Below are positions 14,538 to 22,912 of a stretch of DNA of 39,196 nucleotides, in pieces. The stretch is from an uncultured Opitutia bacterium (GTDB lineage: Bacteria > Verrucomicrobiota > Verrucomicrobiia > Opitutales > UBA953). Each line of letters opens with the position of its first letter. Position 1 is the first letter of the stretch. The DNA lies in assembly GCA_937874455.1 (NCBI GenBank), contig CALNBE010000236.1, forward strand, positions 1 through 39,196, read 5' to 3'. The notes beneath the pieces are model-generated. The model had not been told where the DNA came from and did not search any database. It worked only from the letters and a program-made list of their open reading frames with translations. Position numbers and translations under genes: made by a program.

Positions 14538-14553
14538 GGCGCCAATTGGCGCC
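14538..14553. repeat. palindrome copy 3 (immediately after the portal stop)
   Basis: Read directly from the sequence. It carries the extended form TCCGGCGCCAATTGGCGCCGAGG. Confidence 0.9.
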
Positions 14554-14559
14554 GAGGCT

Positions 14560-16089
14560 TCAGGCGGCCTTCTTCACCGGCGGTTTCTTGCCGCTTCCGG
14601 GGGCGGGCGGTTCGTTGGTGGGAGGTGGTTTGTTCGGGTCCAATGGCAGCGGCGGCGGCAGGGCCGGGTTCGCATCGATGCTGTCCTGTTCGTCCTCGAA
14701 GGTCCAGCCGGGCTTGTAGAGCTCCCCGCGCTCCATCTGGTGGAAGAAGGTTTCCTTGCTGATGTGGCCGGCCTGCAGGGTGGCGACCATGGCGGTCAGC
14801 ATTTCCGGGGTGATGCTGGCAGAGGTGAAATCGGTATTGAGGCTGTATTTGATCTTCGGATCGAGGACGGTCGCGGTGCCGAGCCACCAGTCGGCGATTT
14901 GGCATGCCCGGGAAAGGGTCTCGCTGATCTGGCCTCCGATCCGGGCGAGGGTGCTCGTCTCGGCCGAGGCCTCCAGGGCCACGGTGTCATATGCTTTGGC
15001 ATCCCCTCCTTTCGGCTCGATCAGCCGGGCGCCAACCGCGGCCATTTGGGTCTGCTTCTCCTCGGCTGCTTTCTCCAGGCACGACACGCCTTGGCCGTTG
15101 AATTCAAGGAATCCGCAGTCTGCGTCCGGGTTGTCCGTGACCCAGGCGAAGCTCGCGCCCAGGGCGAGCTCGGGATTTGGGTTGGCCTCGGATCCGAAGC
15201 ACTTCGCCCATGGTGTCGGAACGCCGCAGACGTGGCGGGCGTTCTCCAGGTCGGCGCTCGTCCGGAAGTGGCTGAGGTTGATGTTGGCGATGTCCTCCAT
15301 TGGGCTCCGTCCGATCTTCTCGCCCGGCTTGTCGGCGTTGTGGAAGATGAACGGGATGAAGTCCAGGGGGACGCCCCGGCGGGTATACTGCGTGGTCAGT
15401 TCCGGGACCATGACCGGGTCGCTGGGGGCTGGTCCAGTGCCGGGGCTGGTGGTGGTGACCACGGCGGGGCTCCGCGGGGTCTGCCAGATTTCGCAGCTGG
15501 CGCGGCCATCGACCAGCCGGAGCACGCGGTAGGAGATCACGAGCTCCTTCTCGAATTCGTCGGTCGGCTTGGCCACGTAGGCGGCGTCCATCAACACTAG
15601 CTTGATCAGCTGCATCCGGCCTTTGATGCGGGCGACCTCCCAGTTCAGGATGGAGGTCCCTGGGTAGAAGCTGAAATATGGCCGGTTCTCTCCGTCCTCG
15701 GCACTGAAGTCGATCAGCGTCCCGCAGCGGCCAGTCCCGCAGACCGCCTCGGTTACCTGCCGGGCGTAGCTGAAAAGCGGCCCGCCGGCCAGGTCGGCAT
15801 CAGCCTTGAAATCGTCCAGCGAGGTGGGGAGCTCGTCGGTCGGTGGTTTCCGGAACAGGAAGCCCATCATGGCCTCATGGGTGCGGCCTGTGGCGTTGAA
15901 GAAGCATGCCCGGGCAAGGTATGCGGCATAAGCGGCCCGGCCTTCGTCGCTCTCGTTCTGGCCGGCCAGCATGGGCAGGAACTTGGCCCCGCCGGCTTTG
16001 ACTGCGTGCTCCCCCTCGATGCAGGTTTCCACGGTCCGCCAGATGGGCAGGGCGGCGACGTAATCCGGGTGCGGTGTCTGGACTGGCAT
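14560..16089 (-). CDS. portal protein (DUF4055-like)
   Basis: 509 aa. The N-terminus YVAALPIWRTVETCIEGEHAVKAGGAKFLP and the protein size are recalled from DUF4055-type portals. Confidence 0.75.
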   Translation of the reverse strand: MPVQTPHPDYVAALPIWRTVETCIEGEHAVKAGGAKFLPMLAGQNESDEGRAAYAAYLARACFFNATGRTHEAMMGFLFRKPPTDELPTSLDDFKADADLAGGPLFSYARQVTEAVCGTGRCGTLIDFSAEDGENRPYFSFYPGTSILNWEVARIKGRMQLIKLVLMDAAYVAKPTDEFEKELVISYRVLRLVDGRASCEIWQTPRSPAVVTTTSPGTGPAPSDPVMVPELTTQYTRRGVPLDFIPFIFHNADKPGEKIGRSPMEDIANINLSHFRTSADLENARHVCGVPTPWAKCFGSEANPNPELALGASFAWVTDNPDADCGFLEFNGQGVSCLEKAAEEKQTQMAAVGARLIEPKGGDAKAYDTVALEASAETSTLARIGGQISETLSRACQIADWWLGTATVLDPKIKYSLNTDFTSASITPEMLTAMVATLQAGHISKETFFHQMERGELYKPGWTFEDEQDSIDANPALPPPLPLDPNKPPPTNEPPAPGSGKKPPVKKAA

Positions 16090-16129
16090 TCAGACCGATA
16101 TCCTTCGGGCTGGATCCTGCAAAGGGATT

Positions 16130-16525
16130 TCAGGGTTCCTCTGGATCGGGAACCGGCCATTCGTCGGCCAGGAAATACGTCAGCGTCAGGGTTCGCAGAA
16201 CCGGCAGCAGCGCAGCCAGCCGCCCACCGCGCAGGGCGTCGGAAAGCAGGTCTGCGCAAACGTAAAGTTGGCCCCCCGTCTGGGCGCGTCCCGTTATGCA
16301 AGTATCCGCCGGGCAGGCAGCATTCAGCGCGGCCAGCTGCGGCGCCGTGACCGGCAGCCACCACCGTGAGAGATATTCCCTCTGGATCGGCTGAAAGGAA
16401 GGCTCTGGCATCAGGGCAGCCTCCAGCGTGGCCCGGTCAGACGCGGACAGCCCATCCCAGCTGACGGGATTGGCCCGGATGCTGTCGCCCACGGCGACTA
16501 TGGCGGCGAGTTGTTCCGGGGTCAT
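16130..16525 (-). CDS. hypothetical protein
   Basis: 131-aa track ORF with an ATGA overlap to the upstream gene. Confidence 0.5.
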   Translation of the reverse strand: MTPEQLAAIVAVGDSIRANPVSWDGLSASDRATLEAALMPEPSFQPIQREYLSRWWLPVTAPQLAALNAACPADTCITGRAQTGGQLYVCADLLSDALRGGRLAALLPVLRTLTLTYFLADEWPVPDPEEP

Positions 16526-17538
16526 GCCTGGAGGCTGTTGTGATAGTTTTGCAGGATGGATTCAAGCAGGGCGCGCTGACCAGATGTTTGCACTGATGGC
16601 CCGGTTCCAAATGCTGAAATACGAGCATCTGATATACCGACTGCGGCTCTTGAAAAGAAAGTCAATGCATTTGCGCTGTTTCCGTCTGTAGCTATAGAAA
16701 ATACTTGCTCTGTATTCTGATTCCGGAAAACAAACTGTCCGGAGTTCATTCGATCCATCAGAAATAGACCAGTCAAACTGCTGGTGTTACCCGATGGAGT
16801 CTGGATGGTGGTATTTTTTGCCCTGGCTGCAAGCTCGTCTCCGGCAGAAGCCTTCAATAGTTGAATGGTTCCGGTGCCGCCTCCGGTCGAATTTCCAAAA
16901 TAGGCCTTGACAGTCAATGCTGATGTTGGCGCCGAGGTAACCCAACACCATGCAGAAAAATCATTTTGGCCATTCGCGTTGCCCGCCCAGTCTGTTCCAA
17001 GGTATTTGGTTGTTCCGTCGCTCATCCACCCCGTCAGCAAATCAATATCCCCGCTGACAAAGTTGTTGTTTGTGATTGCCCCGCCCTTCCCGGCCACCAG
17101 CCCGCCCGCGATGGTGTTCGTCCCGGCCAGCACGCGGTATTTGAAGCCGGTGAAAAGTCCGGCGGCCTTCAGAGCAATCACCATGTCATCACGGAGCCAT
17201 TTGTTGTTGGCGCGATTTCCTGGGGAGCTGCCCCATTCGCCTGATCCGCCTGCCGAAATCACTGCGGTAATTTCTGCGGCGGCGTCAGTGTCATACGCCG
17301 CAACGGTCCTTGTGTTGCTGGCCGGGGCCTGGGTGATCAGGTCGCCAGGGCTGGTGGTGTAGGGCACGGCAAAGGTATTGCCGGTTTGGCCGATCACGTC
17401 CACGCCGTTGATTCGCCATTGGCCGGCCCGGGTGCTGGTGAGGGTGTTCCCCGGGCGGGCGGTGCCAGTAATCACCCCCGGGGTGGGCTTCCCGGGACGG
17501 CTCAGGCCAAATCCTACGCCAAATCCAAAGCCGGGCAT
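16522..17538 (-). CDS. fiber/receptor-binding-like protein with LamG/concanavalin-like C-terminal half
   Basis: 338 aa. The N-terminus is Gly-rich and the C-terminal half is rich in beta-strand Asn/Gly/Thr. The 3' half of the gene is visibly AT-richer than its surroundings. Confidence 0.45.
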   Translation of the reverse strand: MPGFGFGVGFGLSRPGKPTPGVITGTARPGNTLTSTRAGQWRINGVDVIGQTGNTFAVPYTTSPGDLITQAPASNTRTVAAYDTDAAAEITAVISAGGSGEWGSSPGNRANNKWLRDDMVIALKAAGLFTGFKYRVLAGTNTIAGGLVAGKGGAITNNNFVSGDIDLLTGWMSDGTTKYLGTDWAGNANGQNDFSAWCWVTSAPTSALTVKAYFGNSTGGGTGTIQLLKASAGDELAARAKNTTIQTPSGNTSSLTGLFLMDRMNSGQFVFRNQNTEQVFSIATDGNSANALTFFSRAAVGISDARISAFGTGPSVQTSGQRALLESILQNYHNSLQA

Positions 17539-17541
17539 AAT

Positions 17542-17808
17542 TCAGGAGGCGAGGATTGCGCAGACGGATCCGCTGGTCAGCTGGAAGGCCTTCAGCCTGA
17601 AGGGCAGCTGCATCCCTGCCGGGAATGTCACACCGGTCAGGCCTGTGGCTTTATAGTTCCCGTCTGCGGTCACGGACGCAAAGATGGTGTCGGTCAGGAC
17701 AAGGAACCCGATGACCCTCATGGTTTTGGCGGTCGTGTTGCTCACGACTTCGGCCCCGCCTCCGCCGCTGAGGGTGCTTGCGATTTTTCCTCCAGTGAGT
17801 GCGCTCAT
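17542..17808 (-). CDS. hypothetical protein
   Basis: Internal ATG (MSALTGGKIAST...) of track ORF 17542..18210. The long N-terminal extension overlaps other genes. Confidence 0.4.
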   Translation of the reverse strand: MSALTGGKIASTLSGGGGAEVVSNTTAKTMRVIGFLVLTDTIFASVTADGNYKATGLTGVTFPAGMQLPFRLKAFQLTSGSVCAILAS

Positions 17809-17852
17809 GCCCGGCACTATGCCTGGCCAGAAGCTGGGCGCAAAGGTTTTCC

Positions 17853-18119
17853 TCAGACCTGCGGCGGGCTCGGGGGCCGGTGGTTGGTCAGGTCCTTGGC
17901 TGCCATCCACCAAGCCTTTCCGGACATGGCCCGGCCTTTGACTTTGACGTATCGGCGGCATTGGCTCACTGCCTCGATCTGGACGCGCCAATTGTTCCCC
18001 TTTCCGTTCTTGGGTGGGGCGACGGCGTGCCAGCCTCTGCCCAGGCCGGCTTCCAGCTGGGCATAAAAATCGGCGGATCGCTTCTCCGCGAGGGTCATGC
18101 GTGGGATGGTCTTTTTCAT
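17853..18119 (-). CDS. hypothetical basic protein
   Basis: Internal ATG (MKKTIPRMTLAEK...) with an ATGA overlap to the upstream stop. Confidence 0.4.
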   Translation of the reverse strand: MKKTIPRMTLAEKRSADFYAQLEAGLGRGWHAVAPPKNGKGNNWRVQIEAVSQCRRYVKVKGRAMSGKAWWMAAKDLTNHRPPSPPQV

Positions 18120-18238
18120 GATGGTCCAAGTATCCATTTCCAAATTTCGATAATGGCGCGGATCCCTGCTCCCACTGCTGTGCTCCAGAACACGATAGCC
18201 GGAATGGCATAGATGCCTTCGATCAGTTTCTTTTTCAT
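18116..18238 (-). CDS. 40-aa single-pass membrane peptide
   Basis: MKKKLIEGIYAIPAIVFWSTAVGAGIRAIIEIWKWILGPS, the tail of track ORF 18116..18550. ATGA overlaps on both sides. Confidence 0.35.
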   Translation of the reverse strand: MKKKLIEGIYAIPAIVFWSTAVGAGIRAIIEIWKWILGPS

Positions 18239-18426
18239 GGCGGGATGGGTCTGGCGGGCCGGCCTTCGCGCTTGGCGGCGAGTTGCTCGGCCTCGTTGGC
18301 GTAGCTGAACTTCTGGGCTTCGGTGAGGCCGCGGCCGGCTGGTGGCCGGACCTGCGGGGGGAGGCAGATTCCGGCCAGCAGCAGCACCGCGGCTGCGGTC
18401 ATGGCGTAGACGGGTCCGTTGGTCAT
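18235..18426 (-). CDS. 63-aa membrane-anchored/secreted small protein
   Basis: Internal ATG (MTNGPVYAMTAAAVLLLAGICLPP...), a hydrophobic N-terminus and ATGA overlaps. Confidence 0.4.
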   Translation of the reverse strand: MTNGPVYAMTAAAVLLLAGICLPPQVRPPAGRGLTEAQKFSYANEAEQLAAKREGRPARPIPP

Positions 18427-18683
18427 TTCCCGATCCTTTCCAGCACGTAAAATACGGACAGTGCCAGCAAGAGCCAGGTGGGAATGATGACGAACAGGGC
18501 GTTGTCCCGAAGCCACTCAATGTGTTCCAGCTGGGCCCGGATCTCTTCACGGGTCATCGGCTTCATGCGGGCTGGAGGTCCCTCCGTTTGGGTTTGACCG
18601 GCTTCCCGGTGCCGGATGGGCATGGGCCGGGGCCGCCGGGGCTCCGGCTCAGGGTCGATTTGGGGTGGTGGTGTCGGGTTCAT
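18423..18683 (-). CDS. 86-aa protein with C-terminal transmembrane helix
   Basis: Track ORF with an ATGA overlap to the upstream stop. FVIIPTWLLLALSVFYVL is a transmembrane segment. Confidence 0.45.
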   Translation of the reverse strand: MNPTPPPQIDPEPEPRRPRPMPIRHREAGQTQTEGPPARMKPMTREEIRAQLEHIEWLRDNALFVIIPTWLLLALSVFYVLERIGK

Positions 18684-19012
18684 TTCGGGTGCCAGAGTTC
18701 GTTGGTGGTGATTTCATCAGGGAGGATCTCCGTGGCGCCCTCGCGGATGAGACCGGGGACGTAGAAGTGGCGGGCGTATCCGAGCACGACCTGCTGGCGG
18801 CCTTGGTTGTCGGCGATGAAGGGATGCAGCCCTTTTGTCGGTCCGTTGGTATCTGCCGGCAGCAGCCAGCCGGTTCGGCCATAGTGCAAGTCGTCGAACG
18901 GCGCGGCGATGTAGATGGCCCGGGTCGCTGCTTGGATCGGCAGCGGGTTTTTCGGCTCGGTCGCGGTCCTGGGAATGACCGGATCCGGGATGCGGTAGTC
19001 GGGGCGGCTCAT
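18680..19012 (-). CDS. hypothetical protein
   Basis: Internal ATG (MSRPDYRIPDPV...) with ATGA overlaps. Confidence 0.45.
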   Translation of the reverse strand: MSRPDYRIPDPVIPRTATEPKNPLPIQAATRAIYIAAPFDDLHYGRTGWLLPADTNGPTKGLHPFIADNQGRQQVVLGYARHFYVPGLIREGATEILPDEITTNELWHPK

Positions 19013-19245
19013 GTCCAGCGGATCCAGCCCTTGATGGAGGCCAGCACTACGAGATTGATCAGGGTGAGGATCAGCGTCCACTTCCGGCGCTGGGAGACAA
19101 TGGTCTTGGCCCGGATGATGTGGTCGAGGAGGTTCCCCGGATGCTTCGGGTTGCTCAGCCGGGCGATGACCTCGGCGAAGGCTGCTGCCGCGAGGAAGCA
19201 GAAGAGGATCAGGATCAGGGCTCTGGTGTCGATCTCGTAGTGCAT
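19009..19245 (-). CDS. 78-aa two-transmembrane protein (holin-like topology)
   Basis: Internal ATG (MHYEIDTRALILILFCFLAAAAFAEVI...WTLILTLINLVVLASI) with two hydrophobic helices. Confidence 0.4.
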   Translation of the reverse strand: MHYEIDTRALILILFCFLAAAAFAEVIARLSNPKHPGNLLDHIIRAKTIVSQRRKWTLILTLINLVVLASIKGWIRWT

Positions 19246-19258
19246 GGCTTTGGTGGGG

Positions 19259-19612
19259 TTAGTCGTCCTGGCCGAACATGTCCGGGGTCCCGTCGTCGGG
19301 TCCAAGGCGGTGGGCGGTTTTGGTGGTTGTCTTGACGCTGTGCGTCACGGCGGTCGTGACGAGGAGCTTCTCAAGGTCGAAGGTGATCCCGAGTGCGATT
19401 TTGAAGGTCGGGGATCCTTCCTCGGACTTCTCATCTTTGATGCGGTCCATGTCCTTGAGGATCTGGACCTCGTTGGCCCGGAGGGCCGCGGCCAGGTCTT
19501 TGCCTGCGTGGGTCACGATGGCCTGGAGGTGCTCGTTGAGTGGGCCATCGTCCACGGCTGTGGGTGGCGGGGGCTTGGGCAGGGGTGGTGTCGATCTGCG
19601 TTTGGTTGCCAT
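19259..19612 (-). CDS. hypothetical protein
   Basis: Internal ATG (MATKRRSTPPLPKPPPP...) two nt after the upstream stop. Confidence 0.45.
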   Translation of the reverse strand: MATKRRSTPPLPKPPPPTAVDDGPLNEHLQAIVTHAGKDLAAALRANEVQILKDMDRIKDEKSEEGSPTFKIALGITFDLEKLLVTTAVTHSVKTTTKTAHRLGPDDGTPDMFGQDD

Positions 19613-19614
19613 GG

Positions 19615-19833
19615 TCAGTTGGGTAGGTATTGCAGCCGGCCGGCGGCGGTGCACCGGTAGTAGACCTTCAGTGTCTTGACCGGCTGCGGGTTGTTGGTGG
19701 TTTGGGTTTCGAATCCTTCGGGGTGATCCCACTCCGTGGCTATGGTCCGGACCAGGGTGTCACCGATCTGGATCGGCTTGACCATGTCCTTCACTTCGCC
19801 ATCGAGCGGGCCTCCAAAGAATTCAAATTTCAT
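19615..19833 (-). CDS. hypothetical small protein
   Basis: 72-aa track ORF with an ATGA overlap. Confidence 0.5.
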   Translation of the reverse strand: MKFEFFGGPLDGEVKDMVKPIQIGDTLVRTIATEWDHPEGFETQTTNNPQPVKTLKVYYRCTAAGRLQYLPN

Positions 19834-20114
19834 TGCTCGTCGAAACGGGCTTCGATGCGGCGCTCAAGGTCCTTTCGGACGGCCACGTTGTCGGTTTTCT
19901 GGATCTCGCTCCACATGATGAGCTCCCGCTTCTGGCTCTCATAAAGCTCGGCCTGCAGCTTGTCGTCCGGTGTCGGTTCCTCGGCTTTGGCGCGAAGCTC
20001 GGCCTGCAGCTTGTCGAGCCGGTCCTGGGTGGTCACGGCGGCGTTGAAGTAGAAGCCGCTGATTGAGCACATGACGACCATCAGAAGGAAAGTGAGGATG
20101 GTTCCTTGTTTCAT
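19830..20114 (-). CDS. N-terminally membrane-anchored coiled-coil protein
   Basis: 94 aa. ILTFLLMVVMCSISGFYF is a transmembrane segment and DKLQAEL is duplicated. ATGA overlaps on both sides. Confidence 0.5.
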   Translation of the reverse strand: MKQGTILTFLLMVVMCSISGFYFNAAVTTQDRLDKLQAELRAKAEEPTPDDKLQAELYESQKRELIMWSEIQKTDNVAVRKDLERRIEARFDEQ

Positions 20115-20407
20115 GCGGTGGCGGCCTCCTTCTTCCAGCGGCGGGCGGTTTTGACGCAGACGTTGAAGCGCTCGGCCTGGCTGACCGCGGTGGCGGATGG
20201 ATCGAACCCTTCCGGGGCCGGGGCCGCGGCGGGGCCGTTCCGGCGGGGCGAGTCTCCTTCCAGTTCGCGGAGCCAGCGGTAGACCGTGGGCAGGCTCACT
20301 CCGTGCATAGCGGCGAGCACCTTCACGCTTTTCGTGCGGTCGATGTTCTTCGGTGGTGGGCTCTTCGGCCTGCCGATCTTCTTCGGCTTTTCGGGTTCGG
20401 GTTTCAT
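20111..20407 (-). CDS. helix-turn-helix DNA-binding protein
   Basis: VKVLAAMHGVSLPTVYRWLRELEG is an HTH. The track start at 20443 is a TTG, so I prefer the ATG at 20407 (MKPEPEKPKK...). Confidence 0.5.
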   Translation of the reverse strand: MKPEPEKPKKIGRPKSPPPKNIDRTKSVKVLAAMHGVSLPTVYRWLRELEGDSPRRNGPAAAPAPEGFDPSATAVSQAERFNVCVKTARRWKKEAATA

Positions 20408-20452
20408 GTGAGGGTATTGTCGGGGAGGGAATGGTTTTGTCAAGAAGTCTGG

Positions 20453-20668
20453 TCAGTTCTGGGCGCCGTTTCCGATGTAATGGTCAGGTCGGTTTTTGTG
20501 GGCTGTCAGGCTGGCGTTTGGTGAGGCCTTTGACCGGCGCTCCATTTCAGCCCTCCATTCCGGATCTGCTTGCAGCTTGGCCAGTTTCCTGGCCTCGGCC
20601 TTGGCTGCTTTGCGTTCCGCGGCCCGGCGTTCAGCCTGCTGCTTTTTGCGGTATTGGGCGGAGGTCAT
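20453..20668 (-). CDS. hypothetical basic small protein
   Basis: 71-aa Lys/Arg/Ala-rich track ORF with an ATGA overlap. Confidence 0.45.
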   Translation of the reverse strand: MTSAQYRKKQQAERRAAERKAAKAEARKLAKLQADPEWRAEMERRSKASPNASLTAHKNRPDHYIGNGAQN

Positions 20669-21234
20669 TGTTTGAAGAAAACCGCGTTCCGTTTCCTTGA
20701 CGGCTGCATCATGGAGGCAATCCGGCCCCGGACGGAGTCTCCTTCCTTCTGGATCCGGTCGGCCAGCTGGGCGTTGGTCAGGGGCACGTCCCCGGCCCGG
20801 TAGATGCCCTGCATTCCGCGGAGCTTCTCAAAGGGCAGGATCTCAGGTTCCTCCAGGACCCAGCCGACCGGGCCGCCGAACCAGAGGCTCGGGTGGGCCC
20901 GGACGGAGTCGGTCATGCGGACCTTGCCAATGATGCCCCCGCGCTGGTCGTGGGAGGCATTCCAGGCGGCCAAGGCTGGCCCTATTTCCGGAAAGCTTCG
21001 CCAGAGATCTTGCTTCGCGGCTTCGTCTACCTGAAGGCCGGCGTGGATGTGGAGCTCTCCGCGGTAGCTGTGCATCGTCTTCCGGTTCTCCACGTCCTTC
21101 CGGAGCGGGGAGGCCAGCCATTCTTGCCGCTCGGGGCTGCCGGCGGGCAGGTCGGGGCGGATGATGAGGAAGGCCCAAGGTTGTCTGATCGTGAGGACGC
21201 GCCTCAAGTCGAATTCAGTCGGCGACGTTTGCAT
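20665..21234 (-). CDS. ASCH (PUA-like) domain protein
   Basis: 189 aa. LTIRQPWAFLII...KDVENRKTMHSYRGELHIHAG matches the ASCH pattern seen in phage proteins. Confidence 0.65.
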   Translation of the reverse strand: MQTSPTEFDLRRVLTIRQPWAFLIIRPDLPAGSPERQEWLASPLRKDVENRKTMHSYRGELHIHAGLQVDEAAKQDLWRSFPEIGPALAAWNASHDQRGGIIGKVRMTDSVRAHPSLWFGGPVGWVLEEPEILPFEKLRGMQGIYRAGDVPLTNAQLADRIQKEGDSVRGRIASMMQPSRKRNAVFFKQ

Positions 21235-21282
21235 ATCTGATTCGGTTTCGGATTGTTTGGCTATTGAGGTTGTATTGATGTT

Positions 21283-22476
21283 CTATTGCTGCGCGGCCCC
21301 GCCTGTGGCGTGAACCAGCCGGCCTTCCATTTGCTTCTTGGCATGGTCTTCCTGCCGGTCGGCCAGCCAGGTGATCTGCTCGAGGAGTTCCTGTGCCCAT
21401 TGGCGCTCCAGCGCGAGGCCGGGCATGGCGCCGGGGTTCCGCCGGGCGAAGGCTTCAAAGATGGCTTCGATCCGGTTCTCGCGCCATAGCCACTGCGGCA
21501 TCAGGCCGAGGGCCGGCTTGGCGGCTTCGCGCCACATCGGGCACTCCTTGTGGTGCCTTGGTCCGAGGTCCGTGCCTCTCAGGCCGCAAATGCAGCGGGC
21601 CGGACGGTGGCTGGGGTTGGTGTCCTCCTGTGGGTGAATGCGCTGGTCCTGCTCCTTCAGGGTGTCCACCATGCTCGGGTGGTAGTTGTGCCTGGCGTCG
21701 AACTCGCGCATAAACCGCTCGCTGCTTTCGTCCAGTGCCGTGCTCTTCCGGCTCTGCAGGATCTCGCGCAGGATCCGGAGGTCCTCGTGGACCTGCTGCT
21801 GGGCCTGCTTCCGTTTGGCCTCGGCCTCCAGCTGGGCCTGCTTCCGTTTGGCCTCGGCCCCCAGAATCCGGATGTTCTCGTTCCGCTGGGTGGTGAGTTG
21901 CTCCTTCAGTTCATTGATCCGGGCCAGCCGTTGGTCACTGACCTTGAACCGGTTGGTGAGGTCCTCGCAGATCCGGTGGGCGATCTGCCCCCATCGTTCC
22001 GGGTCGAGGTTGCTCCGGTCGGTCTTGCCCAGCACCAGGTCGGCGATGTCGCTCAGCCATTGATGGGCGTCTTTCAGGTCGCTGGCGTTCTTCTGGTTGT
22101 GGGCGGTCGGCTGGTCCATCTTCTGGCCGCCCCGGTGCTGTTCGGCGACCTCCCAGCCGTCCCGGAGCTTCTCGACATTGGTCAGGATGAAGTGGGCCTC
22201 GGCATTGCCAGTGCTGTTCCCAAGGCTGCAAAGTTCCTCCAGCTTGTTGGTCACGGTCAGGAGGGTGTCGGCGGTGTCTTCCGGGTCGTTGATGTCCAAC
22301 GTCTGGATGATGGTGATTCCCTCGGTGCAGATGGCCCTGGCCTTTCGGGTTTCAGGGGTTGAGTCGTGGCCCAGATTCAGGAGCCGCTGGAACCCGCCGA
22401 GGGCGGCGGCCAGGGCGGCGAAGCGGGCGAGGTGGCGCGGAGTGGTGACTTTGGTGGGTGGTGTCGATGTGTTCAT
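21283..22476 (-). CDS. hypothetical coiled-coil protein
   Basis: Internal ATG (MNTSTPPTKV...) with an ATGA overlap. It contains a perfect in-frame 11-aa duplication, AEAKRKQAQLE. Confidence 0.5.
   Translation of the reverse strand: MNTSTPPTKVTTPRHLARFAALAAALGGFQRLLNLGHDSTPETRKARAICTEGITIIQTLDINDPEDTADTLLTVTNKLEELCSLGNSTGNAEAHFILTNVEKLRDGWEVAEQHRGGQKMDQPTAHNQKNASDLKDAHQWLSDIADLVLGKTDRSNLDPERWGQIAHRICEDLTNRFKVSDQRLARINELKEQLTTQRNENIRILGAEAKRKQAQLEAEAKRKQAQQQVHEDLRILREILQSRKSTALDESSERFMREFDARHNYHPSMVDTLKEQDQRIHPQEDTNPSHRPARCICGLRGTDLGPRHHKECPMWREAAKPALGLMPQWLWRENRIEAIFEAFARRNPGAMPGLALERQWAQELLEQITWLADRQEDHAKKQMEGRLVHATGGAAQQ
21798..21859. repeat. 33-bp tandem duplication inside CDS 21283..22476
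   Basis: gctgggcctgcttccgtttggcctcggcc occurs twice, 33 bp apart, in frame. Confidence 0.8.
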
Positions 22477-22910
22477 GGTTTTCGGGAAATGAGTTTGGCC
22501 CGGGCGCGCTGGCCACGGAGGAAACCGGCCTTCCAGATCCGGTGGTCGGCCTTCCAGCCAGCCTTGGTTTTCTCGTCGGTGACGTAGCCGGAAAAATCGT
22601 GCTCGCGGAGCATGCCCATAGCCCATGCGCCGTTATCCTCTATGCAGGTTTCGCACTGAGGGATCAGGCCTTCAGCGTATCCACAATGCCAGATGGCGTC
22701 CCTCTCGTTGAGCCATTGGTCATCCTCTGGGATCGGTCCTTCTGCTTGTTCGACGTGCCACCAATCCTCGCTGCTTTTCCCGAGGTAAATATCAATCCCT
22801 TCTGTGGGCTCCCAGCTGTCCTCGTGTGAGTCGGGCCATTTGCTTTGGAGGTGGGCGGCCAGTTCGAGACCGTGTTCCGTCTCAATCGGAATGAATACGT
22901 GGATTTCCAT
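22473..22910 (-). CDS. strongly acidic Trp-rich protein
   Basis: 145-aa track ORF with roughly 30 Asp/Glu in the first ~115 aa. Confidence 0.5.
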   Translation of the reverse strand: MEIHVFIPIETEHGLELAAHLQSKWPDSHEDSWEPTEGIDIYLGKSSEDWWHVEQAEGPIPEDDQWLNERDAIWHCGYAEGLIPQCETCIEDNGAWAMGMLREHDFSGYVTDEKTKAGWKADHRIWKAGFLRGQRARAKLISRKP

Positions 22911-22912
22911 GG

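Noticed and set aside
17809-17852. GGCATAGTG upstream of 17542..17808, as a fourth copy of the cassette core box.
   Set aside because: Only 9 nt match. The box would sit 8 nt from the ATG, leaving no room for a transcript leader, and no A-tract box accompanies it.
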